DNA of 64,000 nt from a phage: NCBI GenBank assembly GCA_027337125.1, contig GCA_027337125.1_3057.1; one strand, written 5' to 3'. Positions 30,054 to 40,115 of this stretch are shown piece by piece. The translations under genes were made by a program, and so were the position numbers. Every line of letters starts with the position of its first letter. Position 1 is the first letter of the stretch. The notes under the pieces are model-generated. The model worked only from the letters and a program-made list of their open reading frames with translations. It searched no databases and was not told where the DNA came from.

Positions 30054-30736
30054 TGTTTGATTTTATTATAGATTTTGAAACAATGGGAAGCGGTGAAAAG
30101 GCAGCTGTTATTGATTTGGCTGTTATTGCCTTTGACCCTAATCCAGAAGTAGTTGAATCATTTGATGAATTAGTTTCGCGCGGCATTAAAATCAAATTTG
30201 ATTTAAAAAGCCAAAAAGGACATCGTCTTTTTACTAAAAGCACTATCGAATGGTGGAAAAATCAGTCTCCTGAAGCTCGAAAAAATATTGCACCATCAGA
30301 TGAAGATGTAAGCACTATCGATGGTATTGTAAAATTTAATGATTACATCAATGCACATAACATCGATCCTTGGAAATCTCAAGGATGGTGCCGTGGAATG
30401 TCGTTTGATTTTCCAATTTTAGTCGATCTCATTCGCGATATTCAACGTCTTAATGGCGTTTCTGAGAATGAACTTGACACATTTAAGTTAGAACCATGTA
30501 AATTCTGGAATCAGCGTGATATTCGTACCAGAATTGAAGCACTTCTCCTTGTTCGTGATATGACCACGTGTCCTCTTCCAAAGGGAACTTTAGATGGATT
30601 CGTTGCACATGATTCTATTCATGACTGTGCGAAAGACATCTTGATGATGAAGTATGCTTTGCGATATGCTATGGGTCTTGAAGACGCTCCGTCAGAGGAA
30701 GAGTGCGATCCTCTATCTCTTCCAACAAAACGATAA
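30053..30736 (+). CDS. dexA: DexA, exonuclease A (DEDD family)
   Basis: 227 aa; MFDFIIDFETMG...; matches recalled T4 DexA. Confidence 0.9.
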   Translation: MFDFIIDFETMGSGEKAAVIDLAVIAFDPNPEVVESFDELVSRGIKIKFDLKSQKGHRLFTKSTIEWWKNQSPEARKNIAPSDEDVSTIDGIVKFNDYINAHNIDPWKSQGWCRGMSFDFPILVDLIRDIQRLNGVSENELDTFKLEPCKFWNQRDIRTRIEALLLVRDMTTCPLPKGTLDGFVAHDSIHDCAKDILMMKYALRYAMGLEDAPSEEECDPLSLPTKR

Positions 30737-30742
30737 AAAGTT

Positions 30743-30772
30743 GTTTACTTCCTCGGTTAGTTGTGGTATTAT
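30743..30772 (+). promoter_or_regulatory. early promoter (GTTTAC -35, TATTAT -10)
   Basis: Consensus, 18 bp spacing; lies inside track ORF 30761, implying a downstream true start. Confidence 0.5.
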
Positions 30773-30799
30773 AACACCATAGTTACTGAGGATAATAAA

Positions 30800-31300
30800 A
30801 TGAAAATTTATCGTGTTGAATCATCGTTTAGTATTCTTGATTATGAAGATGCTATAACAATACGTCGAAATCTTTGTGTTCAAATAACACCGTACAGGAG
30901 TATAATAGATTCATGGAGCGAAGAGTGGCTATTACACGTAGGTTATGACAGACCTAATTTTATGCATCATAGCGATAATAATAAAAGAATTCCTTTACCA
31001 CACGAAGATAAACTATTAGTTAAAAACGCTAATATAGTAATTAATACTAAGTTCAAGAAAGATTATGTTGGAGTAGAATATCATATTCCAGGATGGTTTA
31101 TAGCTCTTTATCATTTTGCTTTCGCTAGTGAATATGATATGATGAGATGGTTCACACGAGAAGAGCGGGAAGAATTATCTTCTAAAGGATTTTATCTCGC
31201 TGTATACGAAGTTCCTGAAGATGAAGTTATCATTGGCGGGCACCAAGTAATGTTCCGTAAATCCCATGCTGAACTCGTAGATTTTATTGAAATGAGATAA
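30800..31300 (+). CDS. hypothetical protein (166 aa)
   Basis: Track ORF 30761-31300; ATG at 30800 follows GAGGA RBS and the promoter. Confidence 0.5.
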   Translation: MKIYRVESSFSILDYEDAITIRRNLCVQITPYRSIIDSWSEEWLLHVGYDRPNFMHHSDNNKRIPLPHEDKLLVKNANIVINTKFKKDYVGVEYHIPGWFIALYHFAFASEYDMMRWFTREEREELSSKGFYLAVYEVPEDEVIIGGHQVMFRKSHAELVDFIEMR

Positions 31301-31302
31301 TT

Positions 31303-31845
31303 ATGAAATTTAATTATAATCCTGAATATACACCAAATCCGGTAGCTAAACTGATTGATTTTGATGTTGTAAGCACTTATGTATGCCCTGTTAAACCACT
31401 GGAAATTAAGGAATCTACTATGACTACCGCTATTGAAATCGGCAAAACCTACAAACTAGTTGAACCTGAAATTAAAACCAATGCCTTGATTTCCGGCTAT
31501 AAAACTTTGACTGATGTTTTTGGCGAAGGCGAATTTACTGTTGAAGACTTTGGAAAAAGTAAATGGTTTACTAAATCTTATATTGTCCACGGTCGTCGTT
31601 TAGACAATAACAAAATAGAGAAAATCCTGGTTTATGAAGCAGAGTTCATCCTGTTCCAAGAAGTTGAAGAACAAGACCCTACAGACCTTCTAACTCGTGC
31701 TATAGCTATCAAGACTCCATTTATTTCGGTCTGTGGTTGGGTAACAGACCAATGGATTGAAGATGGCGTTGAACTTCTGAACGTTGTTCATGCAGGTGAT
31801 TTTAGTGTAGTACCTCGTAGTGCGGTGGTAGCTATTTTGAATTAA
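31303..31845 (+). CDS. hypothetical protein (180 aa), paralog of the MotB-like ORF
   Basis: Shares C-terminal motif (C..TDQW-EDGV-L-N-V) with ORF 31922. Confidence 0.5.
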   Translation: MKFNYNPEYTPNPVAKLIDFDVVSTYVCPVKPLEIKESTMTTAIEIGKTYKLVEPEIKTNALISGYKTLTDVFGEGEFTVEDFGKSKWFTKSYIVHGRRLDNNKIEKILVYEAEFILFQEVEEQDPTDLLTRAIAIKTPFISVCGWVTDQWIEDGVELLNVVHAGDFSVVPRSAVVAILN

Positions 31846-31847
31846 TA

Positions 31848-31883
31848 GTTTACAAACTCTTGGGACCAGAGTATAATGGTCCC
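31848..31883 (+). promoter_or_regulatory. early promoter with its -10 (TATAAT) in the loop of a 7 bp inverted repeat (GGGACCA / TGGTCCC)
   Basis: Read from sequence; GTTTAC at 31848-31853, 18 bp spacing. Confidence 0.55.
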
Positions 31884-31921
31884 GCGGAGTATAAAATCTT
31901 TTTAACAAGTGAGAGATAACT

Positions 31922-32413
31922 ATGATTATTAATATTGGTGAAATTGCTCGTGTATCTGATAAATCCCGTTCTAAAGCAGCAGGAAAATTGGTCGAAATTG
32001 TAAGCATTCAGCTTAAACATGGTGTTAAAGATGAAGATTCTGAAGTAAAAGTGCGTATCATTCCTAAAGATGGAAAGTCTAAACCTCAGTTTGGCTATGT
32101 TCGTGCGAAATTTCTTGAATCTGCGTTTTTGAAAGCTGTTCCTGCTAAAGGAATTGAAACGATTGATACTTCGCATGTAGGTGTAGACTTTAAGTGGAAA
32201 CTCGGTCAGGCTATTAAGTTCGTTGCTCCTTGTGAATTCGAATTTACCGAAGGTGAGGAAGGTGTTGCTCACCGTACCCGCGCTATGTGTGCATACATTA
32301 CCGATCAATGGGTAGAAGATGGCGTTAAGTTGTACAACGCAGTATTTTTAGGAACATACAAAGTCATTCCCGAAAGTTGGATTAAACACTATAGCAAAGC
32401 CCGCTATGCATAA
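31922..32413 (+). CDS. motB: MotB-like protein (163 aa)
   Basis: Size and position between dexA and gene 39 as T4 motB; assignment by synteny only. Confidence 0.45.
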   Translation: MIINIGEIARVSDKSRSKAAGKLVEIVSIQLKHGVKDEDSEVKVRIIPKDGKSKPQFGYVRAKFLESAFLKAVPAKGIETIDTSHVGVDFKWKLGQAIKFVAPCEFEFTEGEEGVAHRTRAMCAYITDQWVEDGVKLYNAVFLGTYKVIPESWIKHYSKARYA

Positions 32414-32511
32414 AATTTAAAATTTTTTCATAAAACTATATACATCAGTAGTTGATTATGGTACTATATCAATATCAACTACTGATACAGAAAAACAACT
32501 TGGAGAATAAA

Positions 32512-32781
32512 ATGGAAAACTTAATTATCATCGAACAATCTTTCAACGATTATGGTATGGCTTACGGTTATCGTGCGATAATGGAAGATTCTCGTGGATG
32601 TGTTATCGATATTGCTGAATGTAAAGATTTACTGCAGCTTTTGAAGACTGTTCGCAAAAATTGGGATTGTGAAAATATTAAAGCTCGAGTTGTTACAGAA
32701 GAAGAAACTGTTTTTCATGATGTAAAATTCGCCAAAGGTGCTGCTACTCTTCTGAAACGTATCGCTCCACTGTTCAATTAA
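32512..32781 (+). CDS. hypothetical protein (89 aa)
   Basis: Track ORF 32452-32781 spans a promoter; ATG at 32512 follows GGAGAA RBS. Confidence 0.5.
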   Translation: MENLIIIEQSFNDYGMAYGYRAIMEDSRGCVIDIAECKDLLQLLKTVRKNWDCENIKARVVTEEETVFHDVKFAKGAATLLKRIAPLFN

Positions 32782-32794
32782 TGAGGAAATTGCA

Positions 32795-33010
32795 ATGAAA
32801 CGTAAAATTGTTCAGAACTGCACTAATGATGAATTTGAAGATGTATTATTTGATCCAAATTTGGTAGTAGTTCAAAAGGAACATACTAGCAAGTTTACTC
32901 ACTTGACTTCTGTTTATGTGTATGAGAAAGTCGGTGATAAACAGCCAATTTACGGTGTATTTCGTGAAATTACTGAAGACGGCACAACTTACTGGAAGGA
33001 AATTTATTAA
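32795..33010 (+). CDS. hypothetical protein (71 aa; length and position as T4 cef)
   Basis: ORF track; RBS GAGGAAA. Confidence 0.45.
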   Translation: MKRKIVQNCTNDEFEDVLFDPNLVVVQKEHTSKFTHLTSVYVYEKVGDKQPIYGVFREITEDGTTYWKEIY

Positions 33011-33429
33011 TGGCTATTAAATTTGAAGTTAATAAATGGTATCAATTTAAAAATAAACAAGCCCAAGAAAATTTTATTAAAGACCATACTGATAACGGAA
33101 TCTATGCACGACGTTTAGGTATGGAGCCTTTTAAAATTTTAGATGCTGATTATCTTGGGCGTCCTACTAAAATTATGACATCCATAGGTGTACTCAAACG
33201 TTGTGCCGGTGGTGATATCCTTGACGAAAACTTTATCTGGCTCTCTACTAACGAAGCTGGGTTCTTTGATGAAGTTGAAAATCCATATCAGGCAGCTGAA
33301 GAGCAAGAGCAGGAAGAGCAAGAACAAATAGAAGATTTCACAGCATTTCCTGTCATGAAAGTTACTATTGAAAATAATGAACAGGCATGGTCCTTGTATC
33401 AGATGTTGAAAGCACACTTTAAGGAATAA
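33010..33429 (+). CDS. hypothetical protein (139 aa) with acidic EQEQEEQEQ tract
   Basis: ORF track only. Confidence 0.5.
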   Translation: MAIKFEVNKWYQFKNKQAQENFIKDHTDNGIYARRLGMEPFKILDADYLGRPTKIMTSIGVLKRCAGGDILDENFIWLSTNEAGFFDEVENPYQAAEEQEQEEQEQIEDFTAFPVMKVTIENNEQAWSLYQMLKAHFKE

Positions 33430-33431
33430 TT

Positions 33432-33608
33432 ATGCCAATGTATGATTATAAATGCCAATCTGAAGACTGCGGGCATGAATATGAAAAAATTAAAAAGATT
33501 TCTGAACGAGAAAATGATGTTTGCCCTAAATGTCATCGTTTGTCTACTCGTCGGCCTTCTGCTCCTAAGCATGTGAATGGTGGTTTTTACGATTTACTTA
33601 AAGGGTGA
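33432..33608 (+). CDS. small zinc-ribbon protein (58 aa), FmdB-like CxxC...CxxC
   Basis: Hand-derived; MPMYDYKCQSEDCGHEYE...CPKCH resembles the FmdB-family zinc-ribbon signature. Confidence 0.4.
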   Translation: MPMYDYKCQSEDCGHEYEKIKKISERENDVCPKCHRLSTRRPSAPKHVNGGFYDLLKG

Positions 33609-33610
33609 TT

Positions 33611-33982
33611 ATGTTTAAAATCGGTAAGAAATATCGTGTTCGCGAAGGTGAAGAAAAGAAATATCTAATGTCTGCTATTTATAGGAATGGTTCTATTAAT
33701 GCTGTAATATCTACAAGCGAATTTATCGTTGAAGATATGAAAGGTCATAATGTTACAATGATTAGTACAGCATCTGGAAATGATGGAAAAATTCTTCACA
33801 GTATGCAGAGTAATGTTCTAATTTATGCTGAAGAATTTGACTTCTTCGAAGAAGTTTCCGAAAATTTTGATTTTGGATGCACTATCACTATGAAATCTGG
33901 CGACCCTCTTTCATTTACGGTTAAAGATGAAAGAAGTCGTTTGAGAATTATTAGTCTTCTTCAAGCCATTAAATTTGAGTGA
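33611..33982 (+). CDS. hypothetical protein (123 aa)
   Basis: Track ORF 33605-33982 starts at GTG; ATG at 33611. Confidence 0.5.
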   Translation: MFKIGKKYRVREGEEKKYLMSAIYRNGSINAVISTSEFIVEDMKGHNVTMISTASGNDGKILHSMQSNVLIYAEEFDFFEEVSENFDFGCTITMKSGDPLSFTVKDERSRLRIISLLQAIKFE

Positions 33983-34247
33983 AATTATGAAATATATTAA
34001 TCGTTCTATCGCAGCATTAGTATTAGCAGTGTCTTTAGCAGGATGTACTGATGCTGATAATGCAACCAAAGTTTTGTCTTCAAGTGGTTTTACTAATATT
34101 GAAATCACTGGATACAATTGGTTCGGTTGCTCTGAAAATGATTTCCAACATACTGGATTTCGCGCTATTGGACCTACCGGACAGAAAGTAGAAGGAACCG
34201 TATGTTCTGGTCTATTCTTCAAGGATTCGACTATCCGTTTTAAATAA
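33975..34247 (+). CDS. predicted lipoprotein (about 85-90 aa)
   Basis: Signal peptide with lipobox LAGC (MKYINRSIAALVLAVSLAGCTD). Confidence 0.5.
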   Translation: MSEIMKYINRSIAALVLAVSLAGCTDADNATKVLSSSGFTNIEITGYNWFGCSENDFQHTGFRAIGPTGQKVEGTVCSGLFFKDSTIRFK

Positions 34248-34264
34248 AAGGCCTTCGGGCCTTT
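34247..34264 (+). terminator. UUCG-tetraloop hairpin (AAAGGCC-uucg-GGCCUUU) followed by a MotA-box-like middle promoter for gene 39
   Basis: Perfect 7 bp stem; downstream AGCTTTA then TATAAT. Confidence 0.5.
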
Positions 34265-34316
34265 AGCTTTATGATTACCGGAGTATAATATTCCCGAAAC
34301 CAAACGAGGATAAGTG

Positions 34317-36134
34317 ATGATTAAGAATGAAATTAAAATTCTGAGCGATATTGAACATATCAAAAAGCGTAGCGGCATGTACATTGGTTCTTCTGCTAAT
34401 GAAATGCATGAGCGCTTTCTGTTTGGTAAATGGGAAAGTGTTCAGTATGTACCTGGTCTTGTTAAGCTTATTGATGAAATTATCGATAACTCAGTAGATG
34501 AAGGTATTCGTACTAAGTTTAAATTCGCGAATAAAATTAATGTTACTATTAAAAACAATCAAGTAACAGTTGAAGATAACGGTCGTGGTATTCCACAAGC
34601 GATGGTTAAAACACCTACTGGTGAAGAAATTCCTGGTCCTGTTGCTGCCTGGACTATTCCAAAAGCAGGTGGTAACTTCGGTGATGATAAAGAACGCGTC
34701 ACTGGCGGTATGAACGGTGTTGGTTCTAGTTTAACTAACATTTTTTCTGTGATGTTTGTCGGTGAAACTGGCGACGGTCAAAATAATATTGTAGTTCGTT
34801 GTTCAAATGGCATGGAAAATAAATCATGGGAAACTATTCCTGGAAAATGGAAGGGAACACGTGTTACTTTCATTCCTGATTTTATGTCATTTGAAACTAA
34901 TGAGCTATCTCAAGTTTATCTTGACATTACATTAGATCGCCTCCAGACACTTGCAGTAGTTTATCCTGATATTCAATTTACCTTTAATGGTAAAAAGGTT
35001 CAGGGTAATTTTAAGAAATATGCACGCCAATATGATGAGCATGCTATCGTTCAAGAACAGGAAAATTGCTCTATTGCGGTTGGTCGTTCACCGGATGGTT
35101 TTCGTCAATTAACATACGTCAATAACATTCATACTAAGAATGGTGGTCATCACATTGACTGTGTTATGGATGATATTTGTGAAGACCTTATTCCACAAAT
35201 CAAACGTAAGTTCAAAATTGATGTAACTAAAGCACGTGTTAAAGAATGTTTGACTATCGTTATGTTTGTCCGTGATATGAAAAACATGCGATTTGATTCT
35301 CAAACTAAAGAGCGTTTGACTTCTCCATTTGGTGAAATTCGTAGTCATATTCAGCTTGATGCTAAAAAGATTTCACGTGCTATTTTAAATAATGAAGCAA
35401 TTTTAATGCCAATTATTGAAGCTGCTTTGGCTCGTAAATTGGCGGCAGAAAAAGCAGCAGAAACTAAAGCAGCTAAAAAGGCTTCTAAAGCTAAGGTTCA
35501 TAAACATATTAAAGCGAATCTTTGTGGTAAAGATGCTGACACTACTCTTTTCTTGACTGAGGGTGATTCGGCTATTGGGTATCTTATTGATGTTCGTGAT
35601 AAAGAACTTCATGGTGGTTATCCATTACGTGGTAAAGTTCTCAACAGCTGGGGTATGTCATATGCTGATATGCTTAAAAATAAAGAACTGTTTGATATTT
35701 GCGCAATCACTGGATTAGTTCTTGGTGAAAAAGCCGAAAACTTGAATTATCATAATATTGCTATTATGACTGACGCTGACCACGATGGTCTAGGAAGCAT
35801 TTATCCTTCTCTGCTCGGATTTTTTAGTAATTGGCCAGAACTGTTTGAACAAGGAAGAATTCGCTTTGTCAAAACTCCTGTAATCATCGCTCAGGTCGGT
35901 AAAAAACAAGAATGGTTTTATACAGTCGCTGAATATGAGAGTGCCAAAGATGCTCTACCTAAACATAGCATCCGTTATATTAAAGGACTTGGCTCTTTGG
36001 AAAAATCTGAATATCGTGAGATGATTCAAAACCCAGTATATGATGTTGTTAAACTTCCTGAGAATTGGAAAGAGCTTTTTGAAATGCTCATGGGAGATAA
36101 TGCTGACCTTCGTAAAGAATGGATGAGCCAGTAG
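34317..36134 (+). CDS. 39: gp39, topoisomerase II large subunit (GyrB-like ATPase plus TOPRIM), unsplit form
   Basis: 605 aa from the ATG at 34317; GHKL and TOPRIM motifs; continuous through the region where T4 is split into 39 and 60. Confidence 0.9.
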   Translation: MIKNEIKILSDIEHIKKRSGMYIGSSANEMHERFLFGKWESVQYVPGLVKLIDEIIDNSVDEGIRTKFKFANKINVTIKNNQVTVEDNGRGIPQAMVKTPTGEEIPGPVAAWTIPKAGGNFGDDKERVTGGMNGVGSSLTNIFSVMFVGETGDGQNNIVVRCSNGMENKSWETIPGKWKGTRVTFIPDFMSFETNELSQVYLDITLDRLQTLAVVYPDIQFTFNGKKVQGNFKKYARQYDEHAIVQEQENCSIAVGRSPDGFRQLTYVNNIHTKNGGHHIDCVMDDICEDLIPQIKRKFKIDVTKARVKECLTIVMFVRDMKNMRFDSQTKERLTSPFGEIRSHIQLDAKKISRAILNNEAILMPIIEAALARKLAAEKAAETKAAKKASKAKVHKHIKANLCGKDADTTLFLTEGDSAIGYLIDVRDKELHGGYPLRGKVLNSWGMSYADMLKNKELFDICAITGLVLGEKAENLNYHNIAIMTDADHDGLGSIYPSLLGFFSNWPELFEQGRIRFVKTPVIIAQVGKKQEWFYTVAEYESAKDALPKHSIRYIKGLGSLEKSEYREMIQNPVYDVVKLPENWKELFEMLMGDNADLRKEWMSQ

Positions 36135-36164
36135 TTTAATTATACCACAAGGATGTGGTATAAT
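36134..36164 (+). promoter_or_regulatory. promoter-like element with 10 bp inverted repeat (TTATACCACA / TGTGGTATAA) overlapping a TATAAT -10
   Basis: Read from sequence right after the gp39 stop. Confidence 0.45.
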
Positions 36165-36189
36165 TAATTGGGCAAATGAGGATATTGAA

Positions 36190-36393
36190 ATGAAATCATA
36201 TAAAGTAAATTTAGAACTTTTTGATAAAGCAGTTCATCGAGAATATAGAATCATTCAACGCTTTTTCGATATGGGAGAAGCCGAAGAGTTTAAAAACCGC
36301 TTTAAGGATATTAGAGATAAAATTCAATCCGACACTGCAACTAAAGATGAACTACTAGAAGTTGCTGAAGTTATTAAACGCAATATGAATTAA
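36190..36393 (+). CDS. hypothetical protein (67 aa; rIIA.1-like position)
   Basis: ORF track only. Confidence 0.5.
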   Translation: MKSYKVNLELFDKAVHREYRIIQRFFDMGEAEEFKNRFKDIRDKIQSDTATKDELLEVAEVIKRNMN

Positions 36394-36403
36394 TGAGGAA
36401 ATT

Positions 36404-38581
36404 ATGATTATCACCACTGAAAAAGAAACAATTCTTGGTAATGGTGCTAAATCAAAAGCATTTAGCATCGCAGCAAATCCTAAAGTATTTAAAATTCTGT
36501 CATCTGATTTGTATACAAACAAGATTCGCGCAGTGGTTCGTGAATTGATTACCAACATGATTGATGCCCATGCTCTTAATGGAAATCCTGAAAAATTTAT
36601 CATTCAAGTCCCAGGACGATTAGATCCGCGATTTGTTTGCCGAGATTTTGGTCCAGGTATGAGCGATTTTGATATTCAGGGTGATGATAATTCTCCTGGG
36701 TTGTATAATTCATACTTCAGTTCATCTAAGGCTGAATCTAACGATTTCATTGGTGGATTTGGTTTAGGTTCTAAATCTCCGTTTAGTTATACTGATACGT
36801 TTAGTATTACTTCGTATCATAAAGGTGAAATTCGTGGTTATGTAGCTTACATGGATGGTGATGGTCCGCAGATTAAACCTACATTCGTAAAAGAAATGGG
36901 TCCAGATGATAAAACTGGTATTGAAATCGTAGTTCCAGTTGAAGAAAAAGACTTTAGAAACTTTGCTTATGAAGTTTCTTATATCATGCGACCATTCAAA
37001 GATTTGGCTATCATTAATGGTCTTGACCGCGAAATTGATTATTTTCCGGATTTTGATGACTATTACGGTGTAAATCCAGAAAGATACTGGCCAGATCGTG
37101 GTGGATTGTACGCTATCTATGGTGGTATTGTTTATCCTATTGACGGTGTTATTAGAGACCGTAACTGGTTAAGCATTCGCAATGAAGTGAATTATATTAA
37201 GTTTCCAATGGGTTCACTTGATATTGCTCCATCGCGTGAGGCTCTTTCGCTGGATGATCGTACTCGTAAAAATATTATTGAGCGTGTTAAAGAGCTCAGT
37301 GAGCGGGCGTTTAATGAAGATGTAAAACGATTTAAAGAATCTACATCTCCTCGTCATACATACCGTGAATTGATGAAGATGGGGTATTCTGCTCGAGATT
37401 ATATGATTAGTAATTCAGTCAAATTCACGACTAAAAATCTGTCATATAAGAAGATGCAGAGCATGTTTGAACCTGACAGTAAGTTATGCAATGCAGGAGT
37501 TGTGTATGAAGTAAATCTTGACCCTCGACTGAAACGCATTAAACAAAGTCATGAAACTTCAGCCGTTGCATCAAGTTATCGTCTGTTTGGTATTAATACG
37601 ACAAAAATTAATATTGTTATTGATAATATTAAAAATCGTGTTAATATTGTCCGTGGATTAGCACGTGCATTAGATGATAGCGAATTTAATAACACTTTGA
37701 ATATTCATCACAATGAACGCCTTTTGTTTATTAATCCGGAAGTAGAATCGCAGATTGATTTGCTTCCTGATATTATGGCAATGTTTGAAAGTGATGAAGT
37801 TAACATTCATTATCTGTCAGAAATTGAAGCTTTAGTTAAAAGTTATATTCCAAAGGCAGTAAAAAGTACAGCTCCTCGTCCTAAAACTGCTACTGCATTT
37901 AAGTTTGAAATTAAAGACGGGCGCTGGGAAAAAGAGGAATTGTTTACGCTCACATCAGAAGCAGATGAAATTACTGGTTATGTAGCATACATGCATCGTT
38001 CTGATATTTTCTCTATGGATGGTACTACATCGCTTTGTCATCCATCTACGAGTATTTTGACTCGTATGGCTAATCTTATTGGCATTAATGAATTTTATGT
38101 TATTCGTCCGCTTTTGCAGAAAAAGGTAAAAGAACTTGGTCAGTGCCAATGTATTTTTGAAACTCTACGTGATTTATATGTAGATGCTTTTGATGATGTA
38201 GATTATGATAAGTATGTAGGTTATTCAAGTTCAGCTAAACGATATATTGATAAAATTATCAAGTATCCTGAGTTAGATTTTATGATGAAGTACTTCAGTG
38301 CAGATGAAGTTTCTGAAGAATATACACGACTCGCTAATATGGTTAGTTCATTGCAGGGTGTATATTTTAATGGTGGAAAAGATACCATCGGTCATGACAT
38401 CTGGACAGTAACTAATCTTTTTGATGTATTATCAAATAATGCTTCAAAAAACAGTGATAAAATGGTTGCTGAGTTTACCAAGAAATTCCGTATTGTTTCT
38501 GACTTCATCGGATATCGTAACTCTTTGAGTGATGATGAAGTTTCCCAAATCGCTAAAACTATGAAGGCCCTTGCGGCCTAA
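36404..38581 (+). CDS. rIIA: RIIA, membrane-associated rII protein with GHKL ATPase-like N-terminus
   Basis: 725 aa as in T4; [10 protein letters not shown]-box; followed by rIIB. Confidence 0.9.
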   Translation: MIITTEKETILGNGAKSKAFSIAANPKVFKILSSDLYTNKIRAVVRELITNMIDAHALNGNPEKFIIQVPGRLDPRFVCRDFGPGMSDFDIQGDDNSPGLYNSYFSSSKAESNDFIGGFGLGSKSPFSYTDTFSITSYHKGEIRGYVAYMDGDGPQIKPTFVKEMGPDDKTGIEIVVPVEEKDFRNFAYEVSYIMRPFKDLAIINGLDREIDYFPDFDDYYGVNPERYWPDRGGLYAIYGGIVYPIDGVIRDRNWLSIRNEVNYIKFPMGSLDIAPSREALSLDDRTRKNIIERVKELSERAFNEDVKRFKESTSPRHTYRELMKMGYSARDYMISNSVKFTTKNLSYKKMQSMFEPDSKLCNAGVVYEVNLDPRLKRIKQSHETSAVASSYRLFGINTTKINIVIDNIKNRVNIVRGLARALDDSEFNNTLNIHHNERLLFINPEVESQIDLLPDIMAMFESDEVNIHYLSEIEALVKSYIPKAVKSTAPRPKTATAFKFEIKDGRWEKEELFTLTSEADEITGYVAYMHRSDIFSMDGTTSLCHPSTSILTRMANLIGINEFYVIRPLLQKKVKELGQCQCIFETLRDLYVDAFDDVDYDKYVGYSSSAKRYIDKIIKYPELDFMMKYFSADEVSEEYTRLANMVSSLQGVYFNGGKDTIGHDIWTVTNLFDVLSNNASKNSDKMVAEFTKKFRIVSDFIGYRNSLSDDEVSQIAKTMKALAA

Positions 38582-38592
38582 TAAGGAAAATT

Positions 38593-39531
38593 ATGTACAA
38601 TATTAAATGCCTGACCAAAAACGAACAAGCTGAAATTGTTAAACTGTATTCAAGCGGTAATTATACCCAACAGGAATTGGCTGATTGGCAAGGTGTATCG
38701 GTTGACACAATCCGTCGTGTTTTGAAAAATGCTGAAGAAGCTGAGCGCTCCAAAGTTGCCATTAGCGGTGACATTACAGTTGAAGTTAAGAGCGATGTAG
38801 CTATTGCTCCAGTTGCTAAATCTGACATTATTTGGAATGCATCTAAAAAATTCATTTCAATTACTGTTGACGGCGTAACTTATAACGCAACTCCTAATAC
38901 TCATTCAAACTTCCAGGAAATTCTTAACCTGCTTGTTGCAGATAAATTGGAAGAAGCGGCACAAAAAATTAATGTTCGTCGCGCTGTTGAAAAATATATT
39001 TCCGGTGATGTTCGAATTGAAGGTGGAAGCCTGTTCTATCAAAATATTGAATTGCGGTCTGGTTTAGTTGATCGTATTCTTGATTCGATGGAAAAAGGTG
39101 AAAACTTTGAATTTTATTTTCCGTTCTTGGAAAATCTGCTGGAAAACCCAAGCCAAAAAGCAGTATCTCGACTCTTTGATTTCTTGGTAGCAAACGATAT
39201 TGAAATTACAGAAGACGGCTACTTCTATGCTTGGAAAGTAGTTCGCAGCAATTACTTTGACTGTCACTCAAATACCTTTGATAACAGTCCTGGTAAAGTA
39301 GTTAAAATGCCACGTACTCGTGTGAATGACGATGATACACAAACTTGTTCTCGTGGTCTGCATGTGTGTTCTAAATCTTATATTCGTCACTTTGGCAGTT
39401 CAACCAGCCGAGTTGTAAAAGTTAAAGTACATCCTCGCGATGTAGTATCAATTCCGATTGATTACAATGATGCTAAAATGCGTACCTGCCAATACGAAGT
39501 AGTTGAAGACGTTACTGAACAATTTAAATAA
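38593..39531 (+). CDS. rIIB: RIIB
   Basis: 312 aa as in T4; directly downstream of rIIA. Confidence 0.9.
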   Translation: MYNIKCLTKNEQAEIVKLYSSGNYTQQELADWQGVSVDTIRRVLKNAEEAERSKVAISGDITVEVKSDVAIAPVAKSDIIWNASKKFISITVDGVTYNATPNTHSNFQEILNLLVADKLEEAAQKINVRRAVEKYISGDVRIEGGSLFYQNIELRSGLVDRILDSMEKGENFEFYFPFLENLLENPSQKAVSRLFDFLVANDIEITEDGYFYAWKVVRSNYFDCHSNTFDNSPGKVVKMPRTRVNDDDTQTCSRGLHVCSKSYIRHFGSSTSRVVKVKVHPRDVVSIPIDYNDAKMRTCQYEVVEDVTEQFK

Positions 39532-39545
39532 GGGCTTCGGCCCTT
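39530..39545 (+). terminator. UUCG-tetraloop hairpin (AAGGGC-uucg-GCCCUU) after rIIB
   Basis: Perfect 6 bp stem. Confidence 0.5.
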
Positions 39546-39559
39546 AACTAAGGAAAATT

Positions 39560-39754
39560 ATGTTAGGTTATCAAGCACGAGTAAAAGAAGAATACGAACA
39601 ATTAATGCTCAAAATTAATGCACTGAGCAAATTTTTAGAAAGTGAAAAGTTTTCAACGGTTAATGCAGTTGAGCAAGAACTGCTGCTTTCACAGTTTATC
39701 TCAATGAAATCTTACGCAGATTGTTTAGAGAAAAGAATTGCACAATTTAAATAA
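39560..39754 (+). CDS. hypothetical protein (64 aa)
   Basis: ORF track only. Confidence 0.5.
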   Translation: MLGYQARVKEEYEQLMLKINALSKFLESEKFSTVNAVEQELLLSQFISMKSYADCLEKRIAQFK

Positions 39755-39775
39755 GGGCTTCGGCCCTTTTGTTTT
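39753..39775 (+). terminator. intrinsic terminator (AAGGGC-uucg-GCCCUU plus U-rich tail)
   Basis: Second copy of the same hairpin, here followed by TTTTGTTTT. Confidence 0.6.
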
Positions 39776-39785
39776 AAGGAAAATT

Positions 39786-40115
39786 ATGATTTATTGTATG
39801 AATATCGGTGATTCCGACATAAAAGAAATTTCTCTACACGGTAATCATCACGCTAATATTGTGTACTGTAATAAATTTGAGTTTGGTCATGAAAAACTTG
39901 GAGTTCTTTACTGCAATGATGTTATAGTCATGGATAAAAAGAATCTCGATGAACTTGATCGTAATTCTTTAGATGAAAATGATCGAATTTATTATGGTAC
40001 TCTTAAAGTATATAACGCTTATCTTAGTGGTAAAAAGGAAAGTCTAAATGCAGAAAACGAATCCAGGTTTACAAAGACTATTTCAGATTCCGACATTTAC
40101 CCTATCGAACAATGA
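39786..40115 (+). CDS. hypothetical protein (109 aa)
   Basis: Track ORF 39738-40115 spans the terminator; ATG at 39786 follows AAGGAAA RBS. Confidence 0.45.
   Translation: MIYCMNIGDSDIKEISLHGNHHANIVYCNKFEFGHEKLGVLYCNDVIVMDKKNLDELDRNSLDENDRIYYGTLKVYNAYLSGKKESLNAENESRFTKTISDSDIYPIEQ

Noticed and set aside
33911-34384. 157 aa - strand ORF spanning the lipoprotein gene, terminator, promoter and gp39 start
   Set aside because: It crosses a terminator hairpin and promoter, has no RBS, and is opposite to all surrounding early transcription.
35700-35780. Gene 60-style translational bypass element or intein/intron in the topoisomerase gene
   Set aside because: The gp39 frame is continuous through the T4 split point with no in-frame stop, take-off/landing codon pair or insertion.
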